Source: Haliotis rubra (taxonomy: Eukaryota). Taken from it: DNA of 64,000 nucleotides. Position 1 is the stretch's first letter, and each line of letters opens with the position of its first letter. Under the pieces are notes generated by a model that saw nothing but the letters and a program-made list of their open reading frames with translations, was not told the DNA's origin and did no database searches. This document shows positions 62,271 through 64,000 of the stretch, one piece after another. The translations under genes and the position numbers were made by a program. The stretch covers positions 248,001-312,000 of the forward strand of contig NW_025767509.1 of assembly GCF_003918875.1 (NCBI RefSeq). Direction: 5' to 3'.

Positions 62271-63889
62271 ACATATATTTAAACCCTACACTCTCCAAGT
62301 GAGGAACCAAATCTCGAGTACCCACACTCGGAATGAACTCAACCCCCAAAATGCATTCACCAAAAAAGGCGTTCTATACTGAAGTGCATGAACGATGACC
62401 TGATCTCACCAAATGTGAAGGGCACGAAGAAAAATATGTATGGTGATATTCTGATACCACGTGATGTTACCATTTCGGATTAACGTGAAATAGGTCCTCA
62501 TAAAGAAGCTTATAAATGCAAGAATATCCACAGTTATATTTGAATGCAGTTTAGTCCAACCTGTTGAGTTGGCGCTAAAATCTCCAGGATTAGACTTTCC
62601 TTACCCAATGTAGACATAAGCCAGTTTTGAGCCGATAAGTGATCCACGCAAGGGACTAATAAGGATTGTCTGATCCTCCTCACCACTCACAATTAGACAC
62701 GACTTTTAAGTAGCCAAGAGCTTTCAGGAACTCTGCCGTTACTCATGGAGTGGTAACCAGCGTAAATCGATATGATCATTGAGTAATGGTTTTCTTTATG
62801 TCAAATTCAGTCATCTGATAAAGAATTTCATCTCTATTTCTGCTCTTATTGCTGCATCTGTAAAACACTAACCAGGTGTGTAATACTCTCTGTTGGTTTA
62901 AATGTCCTACATAGTTATATATTGTCATGAGCATTTTGTTCTGTAAAATACCAAGTTTGAGTGAGTGAGTGAGTGAGTTGCAAAATGGCTTAAATGATTT
63001 ATCTTGGTATATCTTCAGCCTCTGGGGATTTTGTTCAATCATGATAAATAGTTAAACAAAATTTACCTGATTTACCCATCTGAATTAGAAATAAATGTGC
63101 CCAACAAAATCACCTTTTCTGTTTCTAATGTACGTGTGCACATAACGATCGTGCATAAAGAGTGACAAATGTATCTGCAAGATGGCTGACTGACAAGATG
63201 GATTACTTCAATTCCTCAAAGTCAACATTTCCTTAATACTCGGCAGTTTATCAGCTGCTCCCCATTTCACAATGTTTAGGTACAATCGAGCATGCTCGTG
63301 TTAGAAGTCTCCAAAGAATGACGTAAAGCTCATGTTTAAAACATGTTTGATAAGCGTATCAACTTTAGTGACCTTATCAATGATTTCAAAACTTACAGAA
63401 GTGTGGAGGTTATTTCAATTTGAGTATTTCGTCACCTAAATTATGTTGGATCGAATTCTATATTTTGAATTATGTTCCTATCTTTGTTAGTATTAACACT
63501 TGACTTGCCTTTGCGTGTGTTTCAGGCAAGTGTTGGGGTAGAATACGTTCACATTATAGCTAAACATGGTAACTTCACTGTGTACTAGAGATTCATAATT
63601 ACATTCATATACAGAATCTTGCAATTACGTAGATTATCAAGAGATATGTCACTTTTATTCATTGTGGATCACCACGATGGTTATTTATTCTGCCTTAGTT
63701 TAGTTGTTTACGGATAATAATTAAGTCCAAATTGTCAGAACCTGATGAACTGAATTCTTTGTAGGACGTGATTCACTGCAGTTATTTACGCATATGTTTT
63801 ATCTTCAATTAACAAAAGTAGATTATGATTTCCTGATTGGCCGATACAAATTGGCATGAGTTTATGTTGTATTATTGCACAGAACGAGT

Positions 63890-63938
63890 CCCGCCGTGAT
63901 ATTGCTAAAAGCAGCGTTAAACCATACTCACTCACTCA
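63890..63938 (+). mobile_element. SINE-B 3' tail-only insertion
   Basis: TSD cacagaacgagtc. Confidence 0.8.
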
Positions 63939-64000
63939 CAGAACGAGTCACATTTTCTGATTTAATGTGTACAGTTTGGCGGTATGTAGTCGGTCAAGTT

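Noticed and set aside
62600-63400. Stop-poor minus frames with plausible splice sites
   Set aside because: All frames contain stops and no family could be recognised

Overview
Eukaryotic (animal) AT-rich, repeat-dense genomic DNA with one assembly gap (32170-32320). The SINE families suggest a mollusc, probably a gastropod such as abalone (inference). No intact protein-coding gene, rRNA, true tRNA or CRISPR array is supported. Most ORFs in the track are artefacts of repeats. The main hidden structure is a minus-strand tandem cluster at about 6.5-26.6 kb. It holds heavily decayed, apparently intron-poor gene copies whose frameshift-stitched translations show CUB, C-type lectin and LDLa-like motifs, an ectodomain layout like molluscan GRL101-type receptors; no LRR or 7TM part is visible. 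Three SINE families share a covarying 3' stem-loop with an RNase H-encoding I/Nimb-type LINE present in the window. One family (A) has no tRNA head; it starts with a covarying pseudoknot and has seeded local minisatellites. Also present: a 5S-derived SINE, L2/CR1-type fragments, hAT-like MITEs, a Tc1 remnant, a Helentron-associated-like element, and Penelope-like fragments including a minimal hammerhead core. All translations and alignments were done by eye; coordinates are approximate to a few bases.
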